From positions 15,977 to 79,976 of the forward strand of contig JBGSTT010000022.1 in assembly GCA_041736385.1 (NCBI GenBank): 64,000 nucleotides of DNA, in the 5' to 3' direction. A program made the translations under genes and the position numbers. Positions 31,985 to 39,598 of the stretch are shown here, piece after piece (positions within the stretch are counted from its first letter, which is position 1; every line of letters starts with the position of its first letter). A model generated the notes under the pieces. The model was given only the letters and a program-made list of their open reading frames with translations. It searched no databases and had not been told where the DNA came from. The stretch is from Rhodoglobus sp. (lineage in GTDB: Bacteria; Actinomycetota; Actinomycetes; Actinomycetales; Microbacteriaceae).

Positions 31985-32032
31985 TTTCTGGAGCTGTGGC
32001 TTTCTGGAGCTGTGGCTTTCTGGTGCTGTGCC
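31985..32032. repeat. 16-nt tandem repeat x3
   Basis: TTTCTGGAGCTGTGGC x2 plus TTTCTGGTGCTGTGCC between secE and nusG. Confidence 0.9.
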
Positions 32033-32043
32033 TTCTGTGGTGC

Positions 32044-32328
32044 TTAGCCGACAGCGAGGTTGGGATCACCGAACAGGAAGTTGACGAGCGCGCTGAACCC
32101 GAAATCGAGTCCCGAGACGATCGCCATAACGATGACCACAAACACGAGAACAACGGAGGTGTAGCTGATCAGCTCGCGTCTCGTCGGCGTCACGACCTTG
32201 CGGAGTTCAGCCATCACTTGACGCAGGAACAGCGCCATTCTCCCAAACGGCCCGCTCTTCTCGGCCCGCTCTTTCTTGGCTGTTGCTACGACATCCTCAC
32301 TGGGTTCGTCGATCACATTGCTGGCCAC
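32044..32328 (-). CDS. secE: Preprotein translocase subunit SecE
   Basis: ELRKVVTPTRRE plus one TM; between tRNA-Trp and nusG. Confidence 0.96.
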   Translation of the reverse strand: MASNVIDEPSEDVVATAKKERAEKSGPFGRMALFLRQVMAELRKVVTPTRRELISYTSVVLVFVVIVMAIVSGLDFGFSALVNFLFGDPNLAVG

Positions 32329-32374
32329 GTTGCTACCTTCCGGGGGTTCGGCCTACCGATGGTTCGGCTTGCTG

Positions 32375-32447
32375 CAGGGCGGACAGGACTTGAACCTGCA
32401 ACCTGCGGTTTTGGAGACCGCTGCTCTACCAATTGAGCCACCGCCCT
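32375..32447 (-). tRNA. tRNA-Trp(CCA)
   Basis: AGGGCGGTGGCTCAATTGGTAGAGCAGCGGTCTCCAAAACCGCAGGTTGCAGGTTCAAGTCCTGTCCGCCCTG cloverleaf. Confidence 0.96.
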
Positions 32448-32626
32448 TCGAGTTGAAACCCGTGGAAGCCTACGCTCGACACCGACCAGAAGTCGGTTGG
32501 GGCGCGCAAAAGCATGGCGGATTTCAACCACCTAGATCAGTCTACGTCATGCTCTCGCGCGAGTTGAGTGGCCAGGGATGGCAGATCGAGCGCAGCCGGC
32601 GCCGGGCAAGCGCCTAAACTTAGCCA

Positions 32627-33826
32627 GTGGCATCCCACCCAAGAATCTCCGGACGTATCGCAGCGATCGCTGAGTCCGCGACGCTCAAAGTTGACTCGAA
32701 GGCCAAGGCACTCCAGGCGGCTGGTCGCCCGGTCATCAGCTACGCAGCGGGCGAACCCGACTTCGTCACGCCAGCGAACATCGTCGAGGCTGCCTCCCGT
32801 GCGGTACTCGATCCGAAGAACTATCGCTACACACCAGCAGCTGGCCTACCGGAACTCCGTGAAGCGGTCGCGGCGAAGACTGCCCGTGACAGCGGGTGGA
32901 CCGTGTCGCCATCGCAGGTCATCGTCACCAACGGCGGCAAGCAAGCCGTGTACCAATCGTTCGCGACGCTCATCGATCCGGGCGATGAGGTGATCATCCC
33001 TACCCCGTACTGGACCACCTACCCCGAAGCGGTCGCTCTTGCCGGTGGCGTGCCGGTCGACGTGTTCGCTGGCGCGGACCAGAACTATCTGGTCACCGTC
33101 GAGCAGCTTGAGGCGGCGCGCACCGAGCGGTCCAAGGTTCTGCTCTTCGTTTCGCCATCGAACCCTACCGGCGCGGTTTACTCTGCAGAGCAGACCCGCG
33201 CGATAGGAGAATGGGCCCTTGAGCACGGGCTCTGGGTCATTGCCGACGAGATCTACCAAAACCTCGTCTACGACGGGATTCGGGCGCTCTCGATCGTCGA
33301 GGCGGTACCCGAACTTGCCGATCGCACGATCCTCGTGAACGGCGTCGCCAAGAGCTACGCGATGACCGGATGGCGGCTCGGCTGGATGGTTGGCCCCCAA
33401 GACGCCATCAAGGCGGCATCCAACCTGCAATCGCACTTGTCAAGCAACGTCTCGAATATCTCGCAACGTGCCGCGATCGAGGCGCTCACCGGTCCGCAGG
33501 ACGAGGTCGAGCGCATGCGACTTGCGTTCGACGCACGCCGCAAAGTCATCGTCGCAGAGCTCAACCGCATCCCTGGGATCAACTGCCCCACTCCGGAGGG
33601 TGCGTTCTACGTCTACCCCGACATCAACGGACTGCTCGGTCGACCTTGGGGCGGCGTCACTCCGACCACCTCGCTTGAACTGGCCGACCTCATCCTTGAT
33701 CAGGCCGAAGTCGCGGTTGTGCCAGGCGAGGCTTTTGGCCCCAGCGGCTACCTGCGGTTCTCATACGCCCTCGGAGATGCGGCATTGCTAGAAGGCGTCC
33801 AGCGACTCCAGCGACTGTTTGCCTAG
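32627..33826 (+). CDS. PLP-dependent class I/II (aspartate) aminotransferase
   Basis: [33 protein letters not shown]. Confidence 0.94.
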   Translation: MASHPRISGRIAAIAESATLKVDSKAKALQAAGRPVISYAAGEPDFVTPANIVEAASRAVLDPKNYRYTPAAGLPELREAVAAKTARDSGWTVSPSQVIVTNGGKQAVYQSFATLIDPGDEVIIPTPYWTTYPEAVALAGGVPVDVFAGADQNYLVTVEQLEAARTERSKVLLFVSPSNPTGAVYSAEQTRAIGEWALEHGLWVIADEIYQNLVYDGIRALSIVEAVPELADRTILVNGVAKSYAMTGWRLGWMVGPQDAIKAASNLQSHLSSNVSNISQRAAIEALTGPQDEVERMRLAFDARRKVIVAELNRIPGINCPTPEGAFYVYPDINGLLGRPWGGVTPTTSLELADLILDQAEVAVVPGEAFGPSGYLRFSYALGDAALLEGVQRLQRLFA

Positions 33827-33868
33827 TTCCCGTTCGGGTAAGTCAGGCGGGCAGGTGAGGATTGACAC

Positions 33869-34795
33869 ATGACAGCAATGGTGAGCGTGCGCGAGCTGCG
33901 CAAGAACTACGGGTCCTTCACTGCGCTCGACGGAGTCAGCTTCGACATTGAGCGGGGCGAGACCTTTGCGTTGCTCGGACCAAACGGTGCTGGCAAGTCG
34001 ACAACGATCGAAATTCTTGAAGGCTACCGAGACCGAACCAGCGGAGAAGCGACCGTGCTCGGGGTCGACCCTGGCAAGGGCGGCCTTGACTGGAAAGCTC
34101 GCCTCGGGATCGTGCTGCAGTCGACCGGCGAGAGCGGCAATGCGACCGTGCGCGAGCAACTCACGCACTTTGCCGGGTTCTATTCGAACGCTCGCGATGT
34201 CGATGAGGTTATCGCCGCGGTTGGTCTCGAGGAGAAACAGAAGACGCTCATCCGCAAACTCTCTGGTGGGCAACGGCGCAGAGTGGATGTCGCCCTCGGC
34301 ATCATTGGACGGCCGGAGTTGCTGTTCCTTGACGAACCGACGACCGGCTTCGATCCAGAAGCCAGACGGCAGTTCTGGGAACTGATTCGTTCCCTCAAGC
34401 GAGACGGAACGACCATCCTGCTCACCACCCACTACCTCGACGAAGCGGCCCAACTCGGCGATCGAGCAGGCATTATCGCTGGCGGCAAGCTCATCGACAT
34501 CGGCGGAATCGACGAGCTCGGCGGCGAAGGATCGCGCATCCCCATCGTGCGGTGGATCGAGAATGGTCACGCTCGGGAGCAACACACGACCAGCCCTGGC
34601 GCGCTCGTGGCGCAACTCGGGGAACCAGAAGGCCTTGAGGTAATCCGTCCGAGCCTCGAAGACATCTACCTCAGGCTGGTCGGCGAGCACGAAGCCGGCG
34701 AGGGTGAATCGGCACAGGACGAATCGGCACAGGACGAATCGGCACAGCTCGCGGCGAGCTCGATGCTCGAAGAGACGGAAAGGCCTTCCCCGTGA
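33869..34795 (+). CDS. ABC-2 type exporter ATP-binding protein
   Basis: [29 protein letters not shown]; ESAQD repeat at C-terminus. Confidence 0.93.
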   Translation: MTAMVSVRELRKNYGSFTALDGVSFDIERGETFALLGPNGAGKSTTIEILEGYRDRTSGEATVLGVDPGKGGLDWKARLGIVLQSTGESGNATVREQLTHFAGFYSNARDVDEVIAAVGLEEKQKTLIRKLSGGQRRRVDVALGIIGRPELLFLDEPTTGFDPEARRQFWELIRSLKRDGTTILLTTHYLDEAAQLGDRAGIIAGGKLIDIGGIDELGGEGSRIPIVRWIENGHAREQHTTSPGALVAQLGEPEGLEVIRPSLEDIYLRLVGEHEAGEGESAQDESAQDESAQLAASSMLEETERPSP

Positions 34796-35625
34796 GCGCG
34801 ATCGAGATTCCCCGTCTGCCACCCGGCCACACGGTGCGGCTTGGGGTCAGCAGAATCGGCTACGAAGTCAAGTCGTATTTTCGGCAGGGCGATTCGGTTT
34901 TCTTCACGTTTCTGTTCCCGCTCGTAATGCTCACCATCTTCTCGGTTGCGTTCAGCGAACAGTCGTTCGGTCCGCCCGGTTCCGAGATCACTGCCGCCGA
35001 GTTCTACCTGCCAGGGATGCTTGCCGCCGGCCTGCTGCTGAGTGGACTGCAGAACATGGCCATCGACATCGCCATCGAGAAGAGTGACGGAACCCTGAAA
35101 CGTCTCGCAGGAAGTCCGCTCCCGGTCATGAGTTATTTCATTGGCAAGATTGGTCAGGTCTTCGCCACTGGCACCCTTCAAGCGGCAATTCTCATCGTCG
35201 TTGCCGCAGTCGTGTTCGGAGTCGAACTGCCGAGCGAGCCAGAGAAATGGCTCACCTTCGCATGGGTCTTTGTTCTGGGGGCTACGACATCCGCCGTGCT
35301 GGGAATTGCTCTCAGTGCGCTGCCACGAAGTGGCAAAAGCGCGACGGCGGTCATCATCCCGATTTCGCTTGTACTGCAGTTCATCTCCGGCATTTTTCTT
35401 GCATTCTCAATCCTGCCGACGTGGCTGCAGAATGTTGCCAGCGTATTTCCACTGAAGTGGATGGCGCAGGGGATGCGCGAGGTCTTTCTCCCCGCCAGCT
35501 TCGAGGTGCTCGAACAGGGCGAGAGCTGGAACCTCGAAGGCGTCGCCATCGTCACTGGGCTGTGGTTGGTGCTCGGGCTGATTGCCTGCAGAATCACCTT
35601 CCGTTGGATCCGCAAGGACAGCTAG
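34792..35625 (+). CDS. ABC-2 type exporter permease
   Basis: FFTFLFP, EKSDGTLKRL, six TM; GTGA overlap with ATPase. Confidence 0.9.
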   Translation: MSAIEIPRLPPGHTVRLGVSRIGYEVKSYFRQGDSVFFTFLFPLVMLTIFSVAFSEQSFGPPGSEITAAEFYLPGMLAAGLLLSGLQNMAIDIAIEKSDGTLKRLAGSPLPVMSYFIGKIGQVFATGTLQAAILIVVAAVVFGVELPSEPEKWLTFAWVFVLGATTSAVLGIALSALPRSGKSATAVIIPISLVLQFISGIFLAFSILPTWLQNVASVFPLKWMAQGMREVFLPASFEVLEQGESWNLEGVAIVTGLWLVLGLIACRITFRWIRKDS

Positions 35626-35714
35626 CGGGAACCGCGCCGCTGGTTCGGTTGCGGGTGGTGGTGCGGTTGCGGGCGCTGCTACTGGTGCTGCTGCTGCCGC
35701 GGGCGCTGGCCCGC

Positions 35715-36770
35715 CTACAGCGAAACTCCGACCAGAGCGGGCTCCGGCTGCAACTCGACCCCGAACTGCGCCGAGACGCGCGCCCGAACGTAGCGTGCGA
35801 GCTCAGTCACCTGCGACGCCGTAGCGCCACCGCGGTTCACGATTGCCAGTGTGTGTTTGGTAGAGATGGCCGCTCGTGAGCCGGGCAGGGCAAATCCGCG
35901 GCTCACCCCTGAATGTTCAATTAGCCACGCAGCGCTGAGCTTCATCGAGGTGTCGTCGTCCTGAAGCCAGCGCGGCACCCCTGGCGGCAGCCGATGAGCG
36001 AAGAGTTCACTGACGATCGGGTTCGTGAAGAACGAGCCGCAGCTCACTGAGTCCGGGTCACCGGCGTCGAGGACCATGCCTTTTGAAGCGCGTAACGCGA
36101 GCACGGCGGACCGAATCACCGCGGTCGAGACGCGGGAACCCAGCGGCACCCCGAGGGCGGTCGCGAGTTGCGGGTCAGAAACGAGGCTGTCGGGGGATGC
36201 CGCGAGCGCCAACTCGACCGCGAGCACAACGCCAGCCCGCCCTCGTTTCAGTGCGGAGGTGCGATAACCGAGTCCGAGCTCTGCGGCGGGAACTCGTTGT
36301 ACTTCCTCCGAGCTGTAGTCGAGGAATTCGATCGACACGAGGCTGGACGAAAGCTCTTGTCCATAGGCGCCGATGTTCTGAATCGGAGCCGCACCGGTTG
36401 AACCGGGGATGCCACTCAGTGCCTCAATCCCGGCCCAGCCCTCGGCAACGGCGTGGGCGACTAGGTCGTCCCACGGTTCACCAGCTTGCACGCGCATCAG
36501 GATGCCACCTTCGATAGCACCGTCGATGGCACCGTCGATGGCACGGTCATCCGGTTCGACCTCGATTCCCGTCGTACCGACGCGGATGACCGTGCCATCG
36601 AAGCCGTCATCACTGACAATCAGGTTCGATCCGCCGCCGACCACGAGCCACTCCCGGCCGATTGACCACGCCTCGCGCGCGGCCGCGACCAGCTCGGTTT
36701 GCGTCGCTGGCATCACGACGTCACGGGCAGCACCGCCAACGCGCATCGTCGTCAGGTCTGAGAGCAGCAT
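35715..36770 (-). CDS. murB: UDP-N-acetylenolpyruvoylglucosamine reductase
   Basis: GGGSNL, GIPGSTGAAPIQNIGAYG, GSFFTNP, KHTLAIVN, LQPEP. Confidence 0.95.
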   Translation of the reverse strand: MLLSDLTTMRVGGAARDVVMPATQTELVAAAREAWSIGREWLVVGGGSNLIVSDDGFDGTVIRVGTTGIEVEPDDRAIDGAIDGAIEGGILMRVQAGEPWDDLVAHAVAEGWAGIEALSGIPGSTGAAPIQNIGAYGQELSSSLVSIEFLDYSSEEVQRVPAAELGLGYRTSALKRGRAGVVLAVELALAASPDSLVSDPQLATALGVPLGSRVSTAVIRSAVLALRASKGMVLDAGDPDSVSCGSFFTNPIVSELFAHRLPPGVPRWLQDDDTSMKLSAAWLIEHSGVSRGFALPGSRAAISTKHTLAIVNRGGATASQVTELARYVRARVSAQFGVELQPEPALVGVSL

Positions 36771-37231
36771 CAGACGAAAGTACTGCCCATCTGCACATGC
36801 ACGTGCGCTTTGCCGAGCACGGTCTCCCCGTCGAACGTAACTGTGAGATCGATTCTGGCTGTTGCTTCCTCAACGACGCCCACCTTCGCGAGCACCGTGA
36901 CGGTCGCACCGTCGGCCGCGTCCACGAGTACGGGGCGCGTGAAGCGAACCTGATAGTCACTGACCCAGCCGCGGTTGCCGAGCCAGTCGACGACGGGCTG
37001 CACCGCGAGACCCATCGTGAGCATGCCGTGGGCAAGGACGCCAGGTAGTCCGACCGACACGGCGACGTCGTCACGATAGTGGATCGCATTGAAGTCGCCG
37101 GATGCGCCCGCGTATCGCACGAGGCTGTCCCGGCTCAGCTCGAATGTGCACTCCGCGATCACATCGCCAACGTTCAGGTCGGTTGAGCCCACATTCCCGC
37201 CGATCAAGTCCGTCGAAATCTTGCCGTTCAT
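36770..37231 (-). CDS. MaoC-family dehydratase (HadB-like)
   Basis: YAGASGDFNAIH...AHGM hydratase-2 motif. Confidence 0.9.
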   Translation of the reverse strand: MNGKISTDLIGGNVGSTDLNVGDVIAECTFELSRDSLVRYAGASGDFNAIHYRDDVAVSVGLPGVLAHGMLTMGLAVQPVVDWLGNRGWVSDYQVRFTRPVLVDAADGATVTVLAKVGVVEEATARIDLTVTFDGETVLGKAHVHVQMGSTFV

Positions 37232-37674
37232 CCCTCTCCCCTCACCACGAGGGTAGAGATCGCGGTCACGACGTGGGCTCCGGTGGCATCCACGATCGAT
37301 GACTCGGCTGTGACCATCGAGTGCCCACCGAGCGACTTGATGCTCGTCACCGCAAGGGTAGCCGTCAGTTCGTCGCCAGCCACGATCGGACGCGTATAGC
37401 TGAACCGTTGCTCACCGTGCACGACCCGCGAGAAGTCGATGCCGGCATCCGGCTCAGCCAGAAGTTGCGCCAGAGTGGCTTCCTGCACAACGACCGCGAA
37501 GGTCGGCGGCGCGACAACATCCGAGTACCCAGCGGCGGACGCCGCGGCCGGGTCGTAATTGAGTGGGCTCGTGGAATACACGGATCTAGCGAACTCGCGA
37601 ACCTTTTCGCGCCCGACGAGATAAGGCGGTGCCGGGAGGAACACTCGTCCCTGAAGTTCGGGGTTCACTGGCAC
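37228..37674 (-). CDS. MaoC N-terminal-type dehydratase subunit (HadA-like)
   Basis: VGREKVREFA, APPTF, VVHGEQRF, RPIVAGD. Confidence 0.9.
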   Translation of the reverse strand: MPVNPELQGRVFLPAPPYLVGREKVREFARSVYSTSPLNYDPAAASAAGYSDVVAPPTFAVVVQEATLAQLLAEPDAGIDFSRVVHGEQRFSYTRPIVAGDELTATLAVTSIKSLGGHSMVTAESSIVDATGAHVVTAISTLVVRGEG

Positions 37675-37691
37675 TCTTCCAGCCTAACTGG

Positions 37692-37728
37692 GAAGCCCCG
37701 GCTGACCGTCGTGGTCAGCCGGGGCTTC
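37692..37728 (-). terminator. Perfect 16-bp hairpin downstream of the 26-aa ORF
   Basis: GAAGCCCCGGCTGACC-GTCGT-GGTCAGCCGGGGCTTC. Confidence 0.8.
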
Positions 37729-37757
37729 GAATCTCTAGGTGCGAGCTGTCGTTGCTG

Positions 37758-37838
37758 TTACTGGCAGCTGTCGCACTGCAGAAGATCCATTGGGTCGACG
37801 GGGACTGCGTAGCCGCCGACGGTGTCGTCGTTCTCCAT
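37758..37838 (-). CDS. 26-aa acidic CxxC peptide MENDDTVGGYAVPVDPMDLLQCDSCQ (not in ORF track)
   Basis: AGGAGG 6 nt before ATG, mostly GC-ending codons, TAA stop, own promoter and downstream hairpin. Confidence 0.8.
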   Translation of the reverse strand: MENDDTVGGYAVPVDPMDLLQCDSCQ

Positions 37839-37917
37839 TTCGAACCTCCTCAAGTCTTCTCATGCACGTGTTCTTATGAACTGTTTCTCGTGCATCCCGA
37901 CGCCTTGTCGGGGGTTC

Positions 37918-37966
37918 CTACTATATAACGTGAGTCACACGCTTGTCATTCCACTACATCTAGTGT
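37918..37966 (-). promoter_or_regulatory. Promoter (ATGACA-18-TATAGT) with tandem NrdR-like boxes
   Basis: CCACTACATCTAGTGT (37951-37966) matches acaCwAtATaTwGtg; weaker CTACTATATAACGTGA (37918-37933) overlaps the -10. Confidence 0.72.
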
Positions 37967-38099
37967 TTTCGGCGTGTCGCGCATCTTTCTGGCGAGGACG
38001 CTCTGGCACCGGGACCGGGGGAACGTTCGTGCAGTTCACTTCGAGTTCGCTGGAAGGACTCGACAGAAAGCACCCCGAGGGGTTAACTCGTTTCTGCAC

Positions 38100-38154
38100 A
38101 GCAAGGTTTGTATTTAGCAAGGTTTGTAGTTAGCAAGGTTTGTCGAAAGCAAGG
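38100..38154. repeat. 16-nt tandem repeat, about 3.5 copies
   Basis: AGCAAGGTTTGTATTT / AGCAAGGTTTGTAGTT / AGCAAGGTTTGTCGAA / AGCAAGG. Confidence 0.9.
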
Positions 38155-38210
38155 CAGCTCTACCGCACCACGAGCGACTGCACCGGAATACCGGCAAAGG
38201 AGCACCACGC

Positions 38211-38438
38211 ATGACGATGACGTCATCTCGAACGAGCCCGAGCGATCCGCAGGGCTCTAAGAATGTAATCAACTGGACGGCTGTTCAGTCCGGTCTCTGG
38301 GTTGGCAAAGCCAACGGCGAATTCGCCGGCATGATTGAGGCGCCATTCGGCAAGGGCTTTGTGGCGACAACGCGCCTCGCCAAGACGCTCGGTGTCTTCA
38401 CAACACTCGAGCAAGCGAAGGCAAGCTTCAGCGACTGA
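38211..38438 (+). CDS. Small hypothetical protein (75 aa)
   Basis: AAGGAG RBS; globular-looking WTAVQSGLWVG...GEFAGMIE...LGVFTTLEQAK. Confidence 0.75.
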   Translation: MTMTSSRTSPSDPQGSKNVINWTAVQSGLWVGKANGEFAGMIEAPFGKGFVATTRLAKTLGVFTTLEQAKASFSD

Positions 38439-38484
38439 CCGGCGCAATATACTGGCGCTTCGGTAACAGCAGAGTGGAGCACCA

Positions 38485-39195
38485 GTGTCAGAAGTCGCGC
38501 AGGCAGTTTCGCAGGAGCCCGCGCACGAACCAGCACAGAAGCAGGGCTTTCTCCGCCGCAACATCGAAGTCGTACTCGCGATCCTCCTTGGCCTCGTGTC
38601 GATCGCAACGGCATACGCCTCGTTTCAAGGTTCGCTTTACGGCGGTGCGATGACGCAGAGCTACACCATCGGGTCCAACCTGGCGACAGAAGCAGAGTCG
38701 CTCTACCTCGAGGGCAACCAGCAATACGTCCAAGACGCCCAATTGTACGATCGGCTTACGGACTTGCAACTCGACATCGCCAACCCTGACTCGGCGATTT
38801 CGGCGGCGGCGGAGATCAAGTACGACACGATTTACTTCCAGTCGGTCTCCGAGAATCTTGACGCCGCGATTCGTTGGGCGGATGAACAAAACGCCGCCGA
38901 CCCGGACCTCTGGTACAGCCCGCTCGACAACGAAGACTACCTAGCAGGGCTGTTCGGCGGCTATCAGGACACCAAAGACGAGGCGGATGCGACGATCGCC
39001 AACGGGGACGAAGCGAACGCCCTCGGCGACAGACTGACTCTGGCTACCGTGATCATGGCCATCGCGCTGTTCCTCCTCGGCATCTCGGCCGTCGTGCGCA
39101 ACTACCGAATGAAGCTGATCATGGCATCGTTCGCGATGGTGATCTTCATCGCGGCCGCGGCATTCGCCGCGAGCATCCCGATGCTGACTCTCTAG
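38485..39195 (+). CDS. Hypothetical membrane protein (DUF4337-like)
   Basis: One N-terminal and two C-terminal TM helices around an acidic helical domain; GGAG RBS. Confidence 0.7.
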   Translation: MSEVAQAVSQEPAHEPAQKQGFLRRNIEVVLAILLGLVSIATAYASFQGSLYGGAMTQSYTIGSNLATEAESLYLEGNQQYVQDAQLYDRLTDLQLDIANPDSAISAAAEIKYDTIYFQSVSENLDAAIRWADEQNAADPDLWYSPLDNEDYLAGLFGGYQDTKDEADATIANGDEANALGDRLTLATVIMAIALFLLGISAVVRNYRMKLIMASFAMVIFIAAAAFAASIPMLTL

Positions 39196-39270
39196 CTGCC
39201 GCGCTAGCTGGCTGTCGAGCCAGCTCCACCCGTTGGCGGCACCCGATCGACGGGCAACGAGAGCAATACG

Positions 39271-39347
39271 TGGTAGCTGAGGCGGGGCACGATCCCGCGA
39301 CCTCACGATTATGAGTCGTGCGCTCTAACCAACTGAGCTACTCAGCC
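39271..39347 (-). tRNA. tRNA-Met(CAT), elongator type
   Basis: GGCTGAGTAGCTCAGTTGGTTAGAGCGCACGACTCATAATCGTGAGGTCGCGGGATCGTGCCCCGCCTCAGCTACCA. Confidence 0.92.
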
Positions 39348-39379
39348 ACGGCACCCGGAACAGTAACGAACGGATGTCG

Positions 39380-39451
<72 letters not shown>

Positions 39452-39555
39452 GCGCGCGAAGATCGACTCCCCGCGGCACCGTTCGAGACTACCAGCTTCG
39501 GAGGCGCTGCTTCTGCTCGGATTCTGGAACGGGACAAGGCAGCAACAGCTCATTA

Positions 39556-39569
39556 TGCAAGCGCTTCCA
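39556..39569. promoter_or_regulatory. LacI-family operator upstream of alpha-glucosidase
   Basis: TGCAAGCGCTTCCA palindrome with central CG over the -35 region; TATCGT -10 at 39587. Confidence 0.7.
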
Positions 39570-39598
39570 TTCCGCGCAAAATGGCGTATCGTGAACGC

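Noticed and set aside
35626-35714. Low-complexity GCT/GGT-rich tract between convergent genes as a small ORF
   Set aside because: No start or RBS; best explained as simple-repeat expansion
37970-37979. CGGCGTGTCG next to the NrdR-like box
   Set aside because: Looks like a recurring actinobacterial upstream motif, but it is single-copy here and I cannot assign a factor
31985-38154. 16-nt repeat arrays at 31985 and 38100 as CRISPR
   Set aside because: No spacers of CRISPR length, only about three units each, no cas genes
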